Shown one piece after another: positions 26,252 through 35,961 of a stretch of 64,000 nucleotides of DNA (position 1 is its first letter; each line of letters starts with the position of its first letter). The stretch is taken from NCBI GenBank assembly GCA_963666735.1, contig OY762926.1:768001-832000 (forward strand), read 5' to 3'. The notes under the pieces were generated by a model. That model saw only the letters and a list, made by a program, of their open reading frames with translations, was not told where the DNA came from and searched no databases. This DNA comes from Gemmatimonadota bacterium (GTDB lineage Bacteria > Gemmatimonadota > Gemmatimonadetes > Palauibacterales > Palauibacteraceae). A program made the position numbers and the translations under genes.

Positions 26252-26670
26252 CCGACCATGGAGGAGTAGGTCCCCCGCCCGACCGCGCAGAGGCGGCCCT
26301 TGTCGTCGTGCACGTCCACATCCGACACGGAGATGGTGCGTCCGTAGCGCCGGAGGCGGGCCGTGGCGCGCAGCCACGGACCGGTGCAGGGGCGCAGATA
26401 GTCGACCCGCAGCGAGATCGTGGGGACCCCGCCTCCCGCTCTCACCGCAACGGCCATGTCCCCCGCGATGTCGATCAGCGAGGCGACCGGACCGCCATGA
26501 TAGATCGTGCCGTCGCGGGTCAGCCCGGGCCGCATGATCATCCGAAGGACGACGGTGTCCTCGTCCTCGCTCATCTCCGCCAGGCTGACGCCGAGCGCGA
26601 CGATGGCCTCGGATCCGGCGAGTATCGACTCGACCAGGATCCAGGCGGGCGAAGCTCTGTTCGACTCCAC
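26248..26670 (-). CDS. PaaI-family thioesterase
   Basis: YHGGPVASLID, DYLRP hotdog-fold motifs. Confidence 0.85.
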   Translation of the reverse strand: MESNRASPAWILVESILAGSEAIVALGVSLAEMSEDEDTVVLRMIMRPGLTRDGTIYHGGPVASLIDIAGDMAVAVRAGGGVPTISLRVDYLRPCTGPWLRATARLRRYGRTISVSDVDVHDDKGRLCAVGRGTYSSMVG

Positions 26671-26680
26671 GCCGACTCGC

Positions 26681-28378
26681 CTACCGCGCGTAATAGAGGA
26701 GCAGGAAGAGTCCGAGCAGGATGGCGACCCAGATCACGGAGGTGCCGGTGGGCCAGGTGCGGGCGAGGACGCCGCTGGGGCCCATGTAGCGCCGCGCCGA
26801 GGCGATCGCGTCCCCGGCCGCGGACACGGTGCGCGCCGCCGCGGCGTCCCGCAGCCGCCACGCAACGTTCCCGACCGCGAGCGCGACGCCCCTGCCGAGG
26901 CGGCGGTAGAGCCAGTCCGCGTCGAGGTTCGCCGACCGCAACTCGTGCGGTTCGCGGTCCGACAGCCTCAGCCACACGAACGCCAGAACGGCGAAGAAGA
27001 GCAGCTGCAACTGGGTGATCACGTGCGCGCGGGTGAACGGCACGTACGCCACCTCGTACGGCAGGTTCGGATAGAGGAACAGCGTCGGGAACGACCCGTT
27101 GAAGACGCACAGGAAGGCGGCCATGCCCATCGCGATGAGCATGCTCGCCGGGGCCTCCTTCGTGCGGATGCCGGAATCGGGCCCGAAGAAGCCGTAGAAC
27201 GGGATCTTGATGCCCGCGTGGTGGAGCACGCCGGCGGATGCGAAGAGGAGGAAGAGCCAGACGATGTCGAGGTTCTGCTCCAGCGCGGCCGCCATCACCA
27301 TCGACTTGCTCACGAAGCCGCTGAACAGCGGGAAGGCCGAGATCGACGCGGCCCCGATCAGGCAGAGCGCCGCCGTCTTCGGCATGCTCTTGTAGAGTCC
27401 GCCCAGCTCGCTGCACTTCGTCGTGCCCGTGCGGTAGAGCAGCGCCCCCGTCGACATGAACAGGAGTCCCTTGAAGAGCACGTCGTTGAAGGCGTGCGCG
27501 ACCGCCCCGTTCACGGCCAATTCGGTGCCGATCCCGACGCCGCACACCATGAAGCCGATCTGGTTGATCATGCTGTAGCCGAGCACCCGGCGCAGATCGT
27601 TCTCGATCACGGCGTAGAAGATCGGGAACAGCGTCATGAGGACGCCGACGTAGATGAGCAGCTCCTCCCCCTGGTATCCCCGCGCCAGAGCGTAGACGGC
27701 GACCTTGGTCGTGAACGCGCTCAGGAAGACGGCGCCGCTGTACGTGGCCTCCGGATACGCGTCCGTGAGCCAGGTGTGCAGGAGGGGGAACGCCGCCTTG
27801 ATCCCGATCCCGAGCAGGATGAGGTTCGTGCCCAGCGTGCCGGTCTCCATGGGCCCGAAAGCGATGGACCCGGCCGCCCGCGCGTGGGCGATGATCCCTG
27901 CCAGGAGCACGACGCCCGACCCGACCTGCACGATGAGGTAGCGGATCCCCGCCCGGTAGGAACGTTCCGTGCCGCGCGCCCACACGAGGAAGACGGAACT
28001 CAGGGCCAGAAGCTCCCAGAAGACGAAGAGCGTGATCAGGTCGCCGGCCTGGACCGCCCCGGTCGCGGCGCCTGCGTAGACCAGTGCCGAGGCGTCCTCG
28101 AGCGCGCTTCCTCCGCGCCGGGCGAAGATGAGCCCGATGAGGGCGGCGATGTGGAAGAGCCATCCGAAGATCCGGCTCAGCCCGTCGATGCGGACGAGCG
28201 TGAGATCGTAGGAGAAGAACGAGACCTGCCCGAACTCTCCTTCGCCCAGCGCGAGGAGCGCGGCGAGGCTCGCGACGGGCAGGAGGAGCACCCACCCCGT
28301 ACGCGCGCGGCCGCGTAGCAGCGGAACGAAGAGCGCCCCGAGGATCATCACCGCGGCGGGAGGGAGGCTACCGATCAT
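26681..28378 (-). CDS. mrpD: Mrp-type Na+/H+ antiporter subunit D-like (third copy)
   Basis: FWELLA, KAAFPLLHTWLTDAYPEA, Proton_antipo_M pattern. Confidence 0.88.
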   Translation of the reverse strand: MIGSLPPAAVMILGALFVPLLRGRARTGWVLLLPVASLAALLALGEGEFGQVSFFSYDLTLVRIDGLSRIFGWLFHIAALIGLIFARRGGSALEDASALVYAGAATGAVQAGDLITLFVFWELLALSSVFLVWARGTERSYRAGIRYLIVQVGSGVVLLAGIIAHARAAGSIAFGPMETGTLGTNLILLGIGIKAAFPLLHTWLTDAYPEATYSGAVFLSAFTTKVAVYALARGYQGEELLIYVGVLMTLFPIFYAVIENDLRRVLGYSMINQIGFMVCGVGIGTELAVNGAVAHAFNDVLFKGLLFMSTGALLYRTGTTKCSELGGLYKSMPKTAALCLIGAASISAFPLFSGFVSKSMVMAAALEQNLDIVWLFLLFASAGVLHHAGIKIPFYGFFGPDSGIRTKEAPASMLIAMGMAAFLCVFNGSFPTLFLYPNLPYEVAYVPFTRAHVITQLQLLFFAVLAFVWLRLSDREPHELRSANLDADWLYRRLGRGVALAVGNVAWRLRDAAAARTVSAAGDAIASARRYMGPSGVLARTWPTGTSVIWVAILLGLFLLLYYAR

Positions 28379-28679
28379 AGTAGTCCTCGTCCCGCATCAC
28401 GCCCTTCCGGAGCAGCTTGGCGGTGTAAACGATCGCCGTGTAGGCGAGGAACCCGTAAGCGGCGTAGAAGGGCGGCAGTCCCTCCCAGTCGCGCTCGGGG
28501 TGGCGCAACTCGGACCATCCCATCCGCAGCTGCAGGAAGTTCACGAAGTCGAGCGCCAGCAGCACGCCGCACACCACGAACAGGATCGCAATCAGGCGCT
28601 TCCAGCGCTTCGGGTCGTCGAAGTAGTGCCTGCCCGAATCTTCCGGCCGTCCGCCCATGCCGTGCTTGTCAGAGGCCAT
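28368..28679 (-). CDS. Small membrane protein in the mrp operon
   Basis: 2 TM segments, FYAAYGF...VMRDEDYYD. Confidence 0.75.
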   Translation of the reverse strand: MASDKHGMGGRPEDSGRHYFDDPKRWKRLIAILFVVCGVLLALDFVNFLQLRMGWSELRHPERDWEGLPPFYAAYGFLAYTAIVYTAKLLRKGVMRDEDYYDR

Positions 28680-28682
28680 GGC

Positions 28683-30146
28683 TTACCCTCCGCCCAGGGG
28701 AACGAGCAGGCGATACACGTCGTCCGCGAGGAAGAAGAGGACGATGCAGCCGACCGCCGTGAACGAGAGCGCAGCCACGCAGAATGCCGGCGCCTCCTTG
28801 AAGCGCGGCGGGTCCGACCCATCGGCGGGCTTCGAGAAGAACGCCCGGATGGGGATCGGGACGAGGTACGCGATGTTCAGCAGCGAACTGATCATGAGGA
28901 CGGCGACGAAGAGGATCTGCCCGGCGTCCAGCGCGCCGAGCGCGAGATACCACTTGCTCCAGCTCCCGCCGAGGGGCGGAACGCCGATGACGCTGAGGGC
29001 TCCGATGAGGAAGGCCGCCATCGTGATCGGCATGGCGCGGCCCAGCCCGCGCATGTCGCTGATCTCCGTCTTGTGCGCCGCGACGTAGATCGCCCCGGCG
29101 CAGAAGAAGAGGGTGATCTTGCCGAAGGCGTGCATCGCGATGTGCATGCTGCCGCCGACCACGCCCCAGGCGTTCGCGAGCGCCGCGCCGAGGACGATGT
29201 ACGAGAGCTGGCTCACCGTGGAGTAGGCGAGGCGCCGCTTGAGGTTGTCCTGCGCCATGGCGACGAGCGAGCCCGCGATGATCGTGAAGCCGGCGGCGTA
29301 CATGAGCCACTCGCTGGCCCCGGTCGTGGTCAGCAGATCGAGGCCGAAGACGTAGATGACGACCTTCATGATCGTGAACACGCCGGCCTTCACGACCGCG
29401 ACCGCGTGCAGGAGCGCGCTCACCGGCGTCGGCGCGACCATGGCGGCGGGCAGCCAGCGGTGCACCGGCATGAGGGCCGCCTTCCCCGTCCCGAAGACGA
29501 AGAGGGCGAGCAGGACGAGGAGGACGCCGTCGCTCGCCCGGCCGGCCAGGATCCCCCCGGCGCGGAAGTCGAGCGTGCCCGCAAGGACCCACGTCCACGC
29601 CACCGCGAGGAGAAGGAAGGCGACGGATGTCGTGACGAGGATCCCCAGGTACGTGCGGGCGCCCTTCATCGCCTTCCGCGTTCCGTGGTGCGAGACGAGC
29701 GGGTAGGTCGAGAGCGTCAGCACCTCGTAGAAGAGGAACAGCGTGAGCAGGTTGCCCGCGAGCGCCACCCCCATGGCGGCGCAGATGGAGACCGCGAAGC
29801 AGACGTAGAATCGCGTCTGGTGCGCCTCCCCGTGACCCCGCATGTAGCCGATCGAATAGAGCGAGGTGACGATCCAGAGGCCGGAGGCCACGAGGGCGAA
29901 GAGCATGCCGAGAGGCTCGAGCCGCAGCACCAGAGGGAGGCTGGGGAGCAGCCACACCAGCACGATGCCGGGGTTCGCCCCCGCGAGGACGTGGGGCAGG
30001 AGCGACGTGACGAACCCGAGGAGCGCGACGCCCGTGCCGAGCGTGACGGCTTCCCGAAGGTTGGGCCAGCGGCCGACGGTCGCGATGAGCACGGCGCCGG
30101 CGAGCGGAATCACCAGCGCCCAGTACATCGGAACCATGCCGCTCAC
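28683..30146 (-). CDS. mrpD: Mrp-type antiporter subunit D-like (second copy)
   Basis: KAALMPVHRWLPAAMVAPTPVSALLH, KRRLAYST. GTG overlaps the upstream stop. Confidence 0.9.
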   Translation of the reverse strand: MSGMVPMYWALVIPLAGAVLIATVGRWPNLREAVTLGTGVALLGFVTSLLPHVLAGANPGIVLVWLLPSLPLVLRLEPLGMLFALVASGLWIVTSLYSIGYMRGHGEAHQTRFYVCFAVSICAAMGVALAGNLLTLFLFYEVLTLSTYPLVSHHGTRKAMKGARTYLGILVTTSVAFLLLAVAWTWVLAGTLDFRAGGILAGRASDGVLLVLLALFVFGTGKAALMPVHRWLPAAMVAPTPVSALLHAVAVVKAGVFTIMKVVIYVFGLDLLTTTGASEWLMYAAGFTIIAGSLVAMAQDNLKRRLAYSTVSQLSYIVLGAALANAWGVVGGSMHIAMHAFGKITLFFCAGAIYVAAHKTEISDMRGLGRAMPITMAAFLIGALSVIGVPPLGGSWSKWYLALGALDAGQILFVAVLMISSLLNIAYLVPIPIRAFFSKPADGSDPPRFKEAPAFCVAALSFTAVGCIVLFFLADDVYRLLVPLGGG

Positions 30147-31633
30147 TGGAGCCCCCCGAGCACGGCCTCGGCGGCCTGTCGCGCGACGCCCGCCGAGTAC
30201 GTCGTGAAGATGCCGAAGAACACCGTCGCCCCCAGCAGCACCCAGGTCGGAATGAGCATGGCGAGCGGCGCCTCGCGCGCCTCGCGCGCCCGCTCGCTCG
30301 GTTCGCGGAAGAAGGCGGTCTCGACCACGCGCCACACGTAGACGAGCGCGAGGAGCGAACTGAGGAGCAGGAGGACGGCGACGACGAGGCTGTTCTGTTC
30401 GAGCGCCGCCTCGATGAGGTACCACTTGCTGATGAAGCCGGCCGTCGCCGGGACCCCGATGAGGCCGAGGCCTCCGAGGACCCATGCGGCCATCGTCCAC
30501 GGCATCGTGCGCCCGATCCCGGCCATGTCATCGAGGTCGACCGAGTGCAGCCGCAGCATCACGCACCCCATCGCCATGAAGAGCCCGCCCTTGATGAGCG
30601 CGTGGTTGAACAGGTGGACGATGCCGCCCGTGAGCCCCGCCGCAGTCGCGAAACTGATGCCGAGCACCATGTAGCCGACCTGCGCCACCGAGGAGTAGGC
30701 GAGCATGCGTTTCACGTTGCGCTGGAAGATCGCCACCGTGGAGGCCACGAAGATCCCGGCGAGGGCCAGCGGCATGAGCGCGCGGCCGAGTTCGAGATGC
30801 TCGAAGGAGAACTCGAGGCCGAACACGCTGAACATGAAGCGCAGCAGGATGTAGACCGAGACTTTCGTGGCGGTCGCCGCAATGAAGGCGCTCACCACCG
30901 ATGGCGCGTACGCGTAGGCGTTCGGGAGCCAGACGTGGAGCGGGAAAAGCGCCATCTTGAGGCCGATTCCCACGGTGAGGAACGCAAACGCGACGAGCGC
31001 CGTGCGGATCCCCTCGGCAGCCGGCAACCGGGCCGCCATGTCCGCCATGTTCAGCGTCCCGGTCATCTGGTACATGAGACCGATGCCGATGAGGATGAAC
31101 GTGGCTCCGATCGTGCCCATCACCAGGTACTGGAATGCCGCGGGCAGGGCCTGCCGGCGGCCTCCGAGCGCGATGAGGGCGTACGACGACAGCGCCGAGA
31201 TCTCGAGGAAGACGAAGACGTTGAACAGGTCTCCGGTGATCGCGATGCCGAGCAGCCCCGTGAGGCAGAGGAGATACAGGGTGCAGAAGAGATAGTGCCG
31301 GCTGGCCGGCACCTCGTCGGTGAGGCTGCGCGGCGCGTAGGTCAGGACGAGCGCGGCGACCCCGGACACGAAGAGCAGGACGAAGGCGCTGAGCGCGTCG
31401 ACCCGGTACTCGATCCCCCACGGCGCGGCCCATCCCCCCAGGGCGTAGCTGATGACGCCGGCCTCGAGCACGTCGCCGAGGAGGGCGGCGGAGACCAGGA
31501 AGGTGAGCCAGCACACGCCCATCGCGAACGGGAGAACCAGCGAGCGCCGCCGCAGGATGATGCAGAGGGGCGCCGCGAGAAGCGGGATCACGACCTGCAG
31601 GACCGGCAATTGCGCCTGGATCGCCTGGCTCAT
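30143..31633 (-). CDS. mrpD: Mrp-type antiporter subunit D
   Basis: DLFNVFVFLE, KMALFPLHVWLP, KRMLAYSS. Confidence 0.9.
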   Translation of the reverse strand: MSQAIQAQLPVLQVVIPLLAAPLCIILRRRSLVLPFAMGVCWLTFLVSAALLGDVLEAGVISYALGGWAAPWGIEYRVDALSAFVLLFVSGVAALVLTYAPRSLTDEVPASRHYLFCTLYLLCLTGLLGIAITGDLFNVFVFLEISALSSYALIALGGRRQALPAAFQYLVMGTIGATFILIGIGLMYQMTGTLNMADMAARLPAAEGIRTALVAFAFLTVGIGLKMALFPLHVWLPNAYAYAPSVVSAFIAATATKVSVYILLRFMFSVFGLEFSFEHLELGRALMPLALAGIFVASTVAIFQRNVKRMLAYSSVAQVGYMVLGISFATAAGLTGGIVHLFNHALIKGGLFMAMGCVMLRLHSVDLDDMAGIGRTMPWTMAAWVLGGLGLIGVPATAGFISKWYLIEAALEQNSLVVAVLLLLSSLLALVYVWRVVETAFFREPSERAREAREAPLAMLIPTWVLLGATVFFGIFTTYSAGVARQAAEAVLGGLQ

Positions 31634-32001
31634 CGAGCCTCGTCCTGCTCGTAGATCTCATCCTCCTCGATCGTCTCGTACGCCTCCCGAATGCGCACGA
31701 CGAGCGAGAGCGCCACCGCGGTCGTCGCCACGCCCACGACGATCGCCGTCAGGATGAGCACGCTGGGGAGCGGGTTGCTGTAGACCTCGATCCCCTCGGC
31801 GACGGTCGGCGCCGTCCCCCCGCTCACCTTCCCGACGGTGATGTAGAGGAGGAAGACGGAGGTCTGGAAGATGTTGAGCCCGATGACCTTCTTGATGAGG
31901 TTGCCGCGCGAAATGACGATGTAGAAGCCCATCATCATCAGGAAGATGACGACCCAGTAGTTGTACAGGCCGAGCGCGGTGTCGAGGAAGCTCCCAGTCA
32001 T
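31630..32001 (-). CDS. mrpC: Mrp antiporter subunit C
   Basis: NLIKKVIGL, NPLPSVLILTAIVVG. Confidence 0.92.
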   Translation of the reverse strand: MTGSFLDTALGLYNYWVVIFLMMMGFYIVISRGNLIKKVIGLNIFQTSVFLLYITVGKVSGGTAPTVAEGIEVYSNPLPSVLILTAIVVGVATTAVALSLVVRIREAYETIEEDEIYEQDEAR

Positions 32002-32420
32002 GCGCGCCCTCGTCCGGCGAAGGTCGAATAGACCGCGATCATCACCGCCGCGACGGTCATCCCGACGCCGAGTTCGACGACGAGGATGCCGTAGTGCTGC
32101 CCGGTCGAGGGGTGCGCGGCGTACAGGACGCCGTAGTCGAGGAAGTTCCCGCCCATGAGCATCGTCGCGACCCCGGTGCCCGCGTACACGAGCACGCCGG
32201 TCGCGATGACCAGTTCGACCATGCGGGCCGGGGCGACGCGGCGCACCGCGGTGAGCCCGAAGATGAGCCCGTAGAGCACGAAGCCGGCCGCGAAGATCAC
32301 GCCCGCCTGGAAGCCGCCGCCCGGTCCGTAATCGCCGTGGAACTGCACGTAGAGAGCGAAGAGGAGGACGTACGGCAGCAGGAGCTTGCTGACGACGCGC
32401 AGAATCGTGTGGTCCGTCAT
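31998..32420 (-). CDS. mrpB: Mrp antiporter subunit B
   Basis: HGDYGPGGGFQAG. Confidence 0.92.
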   Translation of the reverse strand: MTDHTILRVVSKLLLPYVLLFALYVQFHGDYGPGGGFQAGVIFAAGFVLYGLIFGLTAVRRVAPARMVELVIATGVLVYAGTGVATMLMGGNFLDYGVLYAAHPSTGQHYGILVVELGVGMTVAAVMIAVYSTFAGRGRA

Positions 32421-32995
32421 CCCGCGTCCTCCCCTCCCCCGCCCGTGGGCCGGCGCTTGCGGCTCCCGCGCAGCAGAACCAGCACGGCGATCCCGGCCGT
32501 GAAGATCACGACGGTCTCGCCGAGCGTGTCGTAGCCCCGATAGCTCGCCAGTACCGCCGTGACCACGTTCGGCACGTGGATGTCGTGCTCCGTGCGCTCG
32601 ACGTAGGACGGGTGCGGATAGTTGCTGGCCGGCGCCTCCGGGTCGCCGAAGTGCGGCATGTCCAGCGTCCCGTACACGAGCGCCGCCCCCGTGACGATGA
32701 CGATGAGCAGCGGCAGTGCGGGCCGCCGGACCGGGGCCTTGGCCTTGCGCGTCGTCAACGCGAGGGTGGCGAGCGCGAGAATGGTCGAGATCCCGGCGCC
32801 GACCGAGGCCTCCGTGAAGGCGACATCGGGAGCATCGAGCAGGAGCATCCAGGAGGCGCCGAGGAAACTGTAGATCCCCATCAGCATGACGGCGGCGAAC
32901 AGGCCGCGCATGCGCACGACCGCGACGGCCGTCGCGCACAGAAGCGTGAGCAGGAGCGCCGTGACGATCTGGACCTCGAGGGCTACGAACTCGAT
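32417..32995 (-). CDS. DUF4040/MnhB-like subunit (equivalent to the MrpA C-terminal part)
   Basis: APDVAFTEA, NVVTAVLASYRGYDTLGE. Start placed at a putative non-canonical ATC (see findings). Confidence 0.85.
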   Translation of the reverse strand: MEFVALEVQIVTALLLTLLCATAVAVVRMRGLFAAVMLMGIYSFLGASWMLLLDAPDVAFTEASVGAGISTILALATLALTTRKAKAPVRRPALPLLIVIVTGAALVYGTLDMPHFGDPEAPASNYPHPSYVERTEHDIHVPNVVTAVLASYRGYDTLGETVVIFTAGIAVLVLLRGSRKRRPTGGGGEDAG

Positions 32996-33306
32996 GCCGC
33001 CTCCTCCGTCTCATCGACGTGTGGCTGGAGTCCGGTCTCGAGCGCCGCGTTGGCGAGCGTGTGGGTGGCCGTCGGACTCGTAATCCAGAGCAGGAGGAGG
33101 ATCGCGACGAGCTTCACCGTCACGACCCAGTGGGGTGAGAGGAACATGAGCCCCGTCAGAATCAACGCCGCCCCGAGCGTATCCGTGATCCCCGCCCCGT
33201 GGATGCGACAGAAGAAATCGGGCAGACGGACGATCCCGATCCCGCCGATGACCGCGAAGATCGCGCCGGCGATCAGGAGCACGGCACTCACGGTCTCGAG
33301 GATCAC
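32983..33306 (-). CDS. mrpG: Mrp antiporter subunit G
   Basis: RLPDFFCRIH, TSPTATH. Confidence 0.92.
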   Translation of the reverse strand: MILETVSAVLLIAGAIFAVIGGIGIVRLPDFFCRIHGAGITDTLGAALILTGLMFLSPHWVVTVKLVAILLLLWITSPTATHTLANAALETGLQPHVDETEEAASSS

Positions 33307-33584
33307 GACAGTCTCTCGCGGTCCGGGTCCGCGAAGTTCCCGTACTTGGAGAACCTCAGCACCGCGATGACGCCGATGAAGTTGATGAGAGCGTACACGA
33401 GTCCGACATCGAGGAAGTCCGGCCGGTCCGTCACGAACCCGATCACGGCGATGAGGAGGACCGTCTTCGTGCCGAACATGTTCAGGGCGAGAATGCGGTC
33501 GAAGACCGTCGGCCCCCTCCCCGCCCGCACGAGCGCGAGACCCATGGTGACGATGATCGCGGCGACCACGGCGGCGAGGATCAT
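33303..33584 (-). CDS. mrpF: Mrp antiporter subunit F
   Basis: GPTVFDRILA. Confidence 0.92.
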   Translation of the reverse strand: MILAAVVAAIIVTMGLALVRAGRGPTVFDRILALNMFGTKTVLLIAVIGFVTDRPDFLDVGLVYALINFIGVIAVLRFSKYGNFADPDRERLS

Positions 33585-34060
33585 CCGCGCCCCTCGACCC
33601 GCGTGACCCGCCGGTCCATCTCGCCCGTGAGGACGCCGTCGGCCGCCTCCTCCGTCAGGGCGTGGACCGTGATGTGGTCGCCCTCCGTATCGATCGTCAC
33701 GGTGCCGGGCGTGAGCGTGATCGAGTTGGCATGGATGACCCGGCCGACATCCGTGCGCTGCCCCGCCCGCACGCGGATGACGCGGGGACGGATCGGCAGG
33801 CCCGGCCTCACGATACGCAGGGCGACATCGATGTTCGCCTTCACGATCTCGACGACGAGCCAGGGGAGGTAACGGACCAGCCCAGCCGGGAGCTGGATCG
33901 GCAGGCCTTCGTCATCGACGATCCGCATGCGCAGGGAAATCAGGGCGACGAACGCGACCGACGCGGCGCCGAGCCCCAGAAGCAGCGGCTTGTCGAAGTA
34001 CCCCGACAGCAGGAGCCAGACGGCCGCCAGGCTGGCGACGAGACCGGCGGCGTACGTCAC
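33581..34060 (-). CDS. mrpE: Mrp antiporter subunit E
   Basis: ANSITLTPGT. Confidence 0.92.
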   Translation of the reverse strand: MTYAAGLVASLAAVWLLLSGYFDKPLLLGLGAASVAFVALISLRMRIVDDEGLPIQLPAGLVRYLPWLVVEIVKANIDVALRIVRPGLPIRPRVIRVRAGQRTDVGRVIHANSITLTPGTVTIDTEGDHITVHALTEEAADGVLTGEMDRRVTRVEGRG

Positions 34061-34235
34061 AGGTTTCGCGTGGCGGGTCGAGCGGCTTGCGGCATGTTGG
34101 CGCCCGGACGTTGAGTTAACGTGATCGGCCCTCGTTATCGGGCCTCGTCGAACGATCGACCACAGGATGGCGAACCTGTCGCGCGGGCGCGAGAGGTTCC
34201 CGCGGGAGAGCTCCCCGCAGTCGACGCCGGTCAGT

Positions 34236-34748
34236 CTACCACTGCGATTGCGCCCCGTCGACGATCTGCTGGACGAGGTTCTCGAGCGCGACGATCAGGG
34301 CCTGGTCCTCGGTTTCGTTTCCCGGTTCGTATTCCCCGGTTCCGGTCAGGCTCTGATTGCCCCAGATGATGAGGTTCTCGGCCACATCCAGGATCTCCAC
34401 GGAGACGCTGACGGTCACGCGACGCTGGAAGACATCCGCGCCGACGCCGCCGACGGCGTCGAAGTTGACCGCCTCATCGGCATAGCGCCGGATCTGCGCG
34501 CTGATGACCGCGTCGGCTTCCCCCTCGGAGGCGAGCCGGAGCCCCAGGCGCTGCCGGGACGCCGTGAGGAGTTCGTCCATCAGGGATTCCGCGATGCCGA
34601 ACTGCGTGCTCTCGTTCTCGATCGGGGCGACGTAGACGGTGCGCATGTGGCTGGGCAGCCCTCCGCCGCCGGAGAAACTGTAGCACCCCGCCAGCGCCGT
34701 GAGCATCACGATCGCGGCCATCGCTCCGGCGCGGAATCGGCAAGACAT
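34236..34748 (-). CDS. lptE: LptE-family LPS assembly lipoprotein
   Basis: GAGGA RBS, lipobox LAGC, YSFSGGG-LPSH..TVYVAPIENES, ends in W. Confidence 0.8.
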   Translation of the reverse strand: MSCRFRAGAMAAIVMLTALAGCYSFSGGGGLPSHMRTVYVAPIENESTQFGIAESLMDELLTASRQRLGLRLASEGEADAVISAQIRRYADEAVNFDAVGGVGADVFQRRVTVSVSVEILDVAENLIIWGNQSLTGTGEYEPGNETEDQALIVALENLVQQIVDGAQSQW

Positions 34749-35409
34749 AGTGTTCCTCATCATATGGCTGTGATTGAACCGTTGCGCTCCGTAACTCCCA
34801 ATGTACCCCGCTCGAGTCCGCGATGTCCCGGTACCGGGCCTCCCGGGGCCAACGGGGATCGCTGCCCCACTCGAGTTCGATCCATCTCTCGCGCCGGCCG
34901 CCCCGCCGCTCGTCGAGCCGCGTGAGGCGTCCGCCGTCAAGATAATAGCTTCGCGTCGCGCCTCCCTCGACCGCGAACTCGAGGACGCTGAGCCCGGCGA
35001 TCTCGGAGCCCCGGGCGGGAGGCATGTCGCCGGGCCGAAACACGCCCGCCATGGCGTAGAGGAAGACGGTCGGCGGCAGCTCGACGCCCTGGAGGTTGCC
35101 GGACGTGGCCAGGACGCCGTCGACGAGCGTGGCCTGGAGGCTCCCCTCCCCCGTCGAGAAGAGGTCGAGGCGAAAGCGGTCCGGCGGGTTCACCCGGGCA
35201 GCGCCGTCACCGCGGAAACTCCCGCTCTCACCCGCGTATTCCCACCTGAAGATGACGTGCATCGGTTGCTCCGTGCCCGAGCTTGCGCGCGCCCGCCGAG
35301 CGACCTCCTCCGCATCGGGCATCGGGGTCCCGCGCTCGAAACCCCCGCCGCAGGCGGTGAACAGGAGGAGGAGCGGCCAGGGGGTGCGGCGCGCCGGAAA
35401 CCGACTCAC
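34474..35409 (-). CDS. Hypothetical lipoprotein (possibly LolA/LolB-like beta fold)
   Basis: Lipobox FTAC, PPDRFRLDLF motif, GTG overlaps the upstream stop. The 3' end overlaps lptE by ~275 nt. Confidence 0.6.
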   Translation of the reverse strand: MSRFPARRTPWPLLLLFTACGGGFERGTPMPDAEEVARRARASSGTEQPMHVIFRWEYAGESGSFRGDGAARVNPPDRFRLDLFSTGEGSLQATLVDGVLATSGNLQGVELPPTVFLYAMAGVFRPGDMPPARGSEIAGLSVLEFAVEGGATRSYYLDGGRLTRLDERRGGRRERWIELEWGSDPRWPREARYRDIADSSGVHWELRSATVQSQPYDEEHYVLPIPRRSDGRDRDAHGAGGVLQFLRRRRAAQPHAHRLRRPDREREHAVRHRGIPDGRTPHGVPAAPGAPARLRGGSRRGHQRADPALCR

Positions 35410-35849
35410 GTGGCGGAGCGTGGGGCGGCGGCGGTCGGGAGGGATTCCAGTTGCCGCTTGACGGCGTCCGGAAACCGGTGGGGGCGGCCCCGCGCATCGG
35501 TACACACGAGGGCGGTGCGAGCGCGCGCAAGCGTCGCGTCGTCGGACGCGCGGGCAATCCGGTAGCCGAACACGACCTCGCGGCTTCGGACGCGTTCCAC
35601 GCCCGTGTGAATGCGGATGAGTTCGTCGTACTCAACCGGGCTCCGGTATTCGACTTCGACCCGCGAAACGGGGAGCCAGAGGCCCCCGCGCTCGAGTTCC
35701 GCGTAGGACACGCCGCGCTCGCGCATGAGCGCCGTGCGCCCGAGTTCGCACCACACGAGGTAGTGGCGGTGGTGCGCACGCCCCATCTGGTCGGTCTCGG
35801 CATACCGCACGCGCACTTCCGTCATTCCGACTCCGCTTGCGTCTTCCAT
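35406..35849 (-). CDS. Acyl-CoA thioesterase (YbgC/4HBT family)
   Basis: RVRYAETDQMGRAHH..YLVWCELGR. Confidence 0.9.
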   Translation of the reverse strand: MEDASGVGMTEVRVRYAETDQMGRAHHRHYLVWCELGRTALMRERGVSYAELERGGLWLPVSRVEVEYRSPVEYDELIRIHTGVERVRSREVVFGYRIARASDDATLARARTALVCTDARGRPHRFPDAVKRQLESLPTAAAPRSAT

Positions 35850-35961
35850 GCCCCCAATATGCTCCCGCGACGCACCGGGTGTCGAACTATTTCGGTGACG
35901 GGTTCGCCGCGGGCGGCCGCAGAGTTTGACGCGCCGCGCCCGGCGCGCCGAGCTTCGGCCC

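Noticed and set aside
8676..31654. Many long plus-strand ORFs (e.g. 8676-10601, 14509-17457, 18740-21106, 28500-30341)
   Set aside because: Antisense shadows of clear minus-strand genes in high-GC DNA, with no recognisable motifs.
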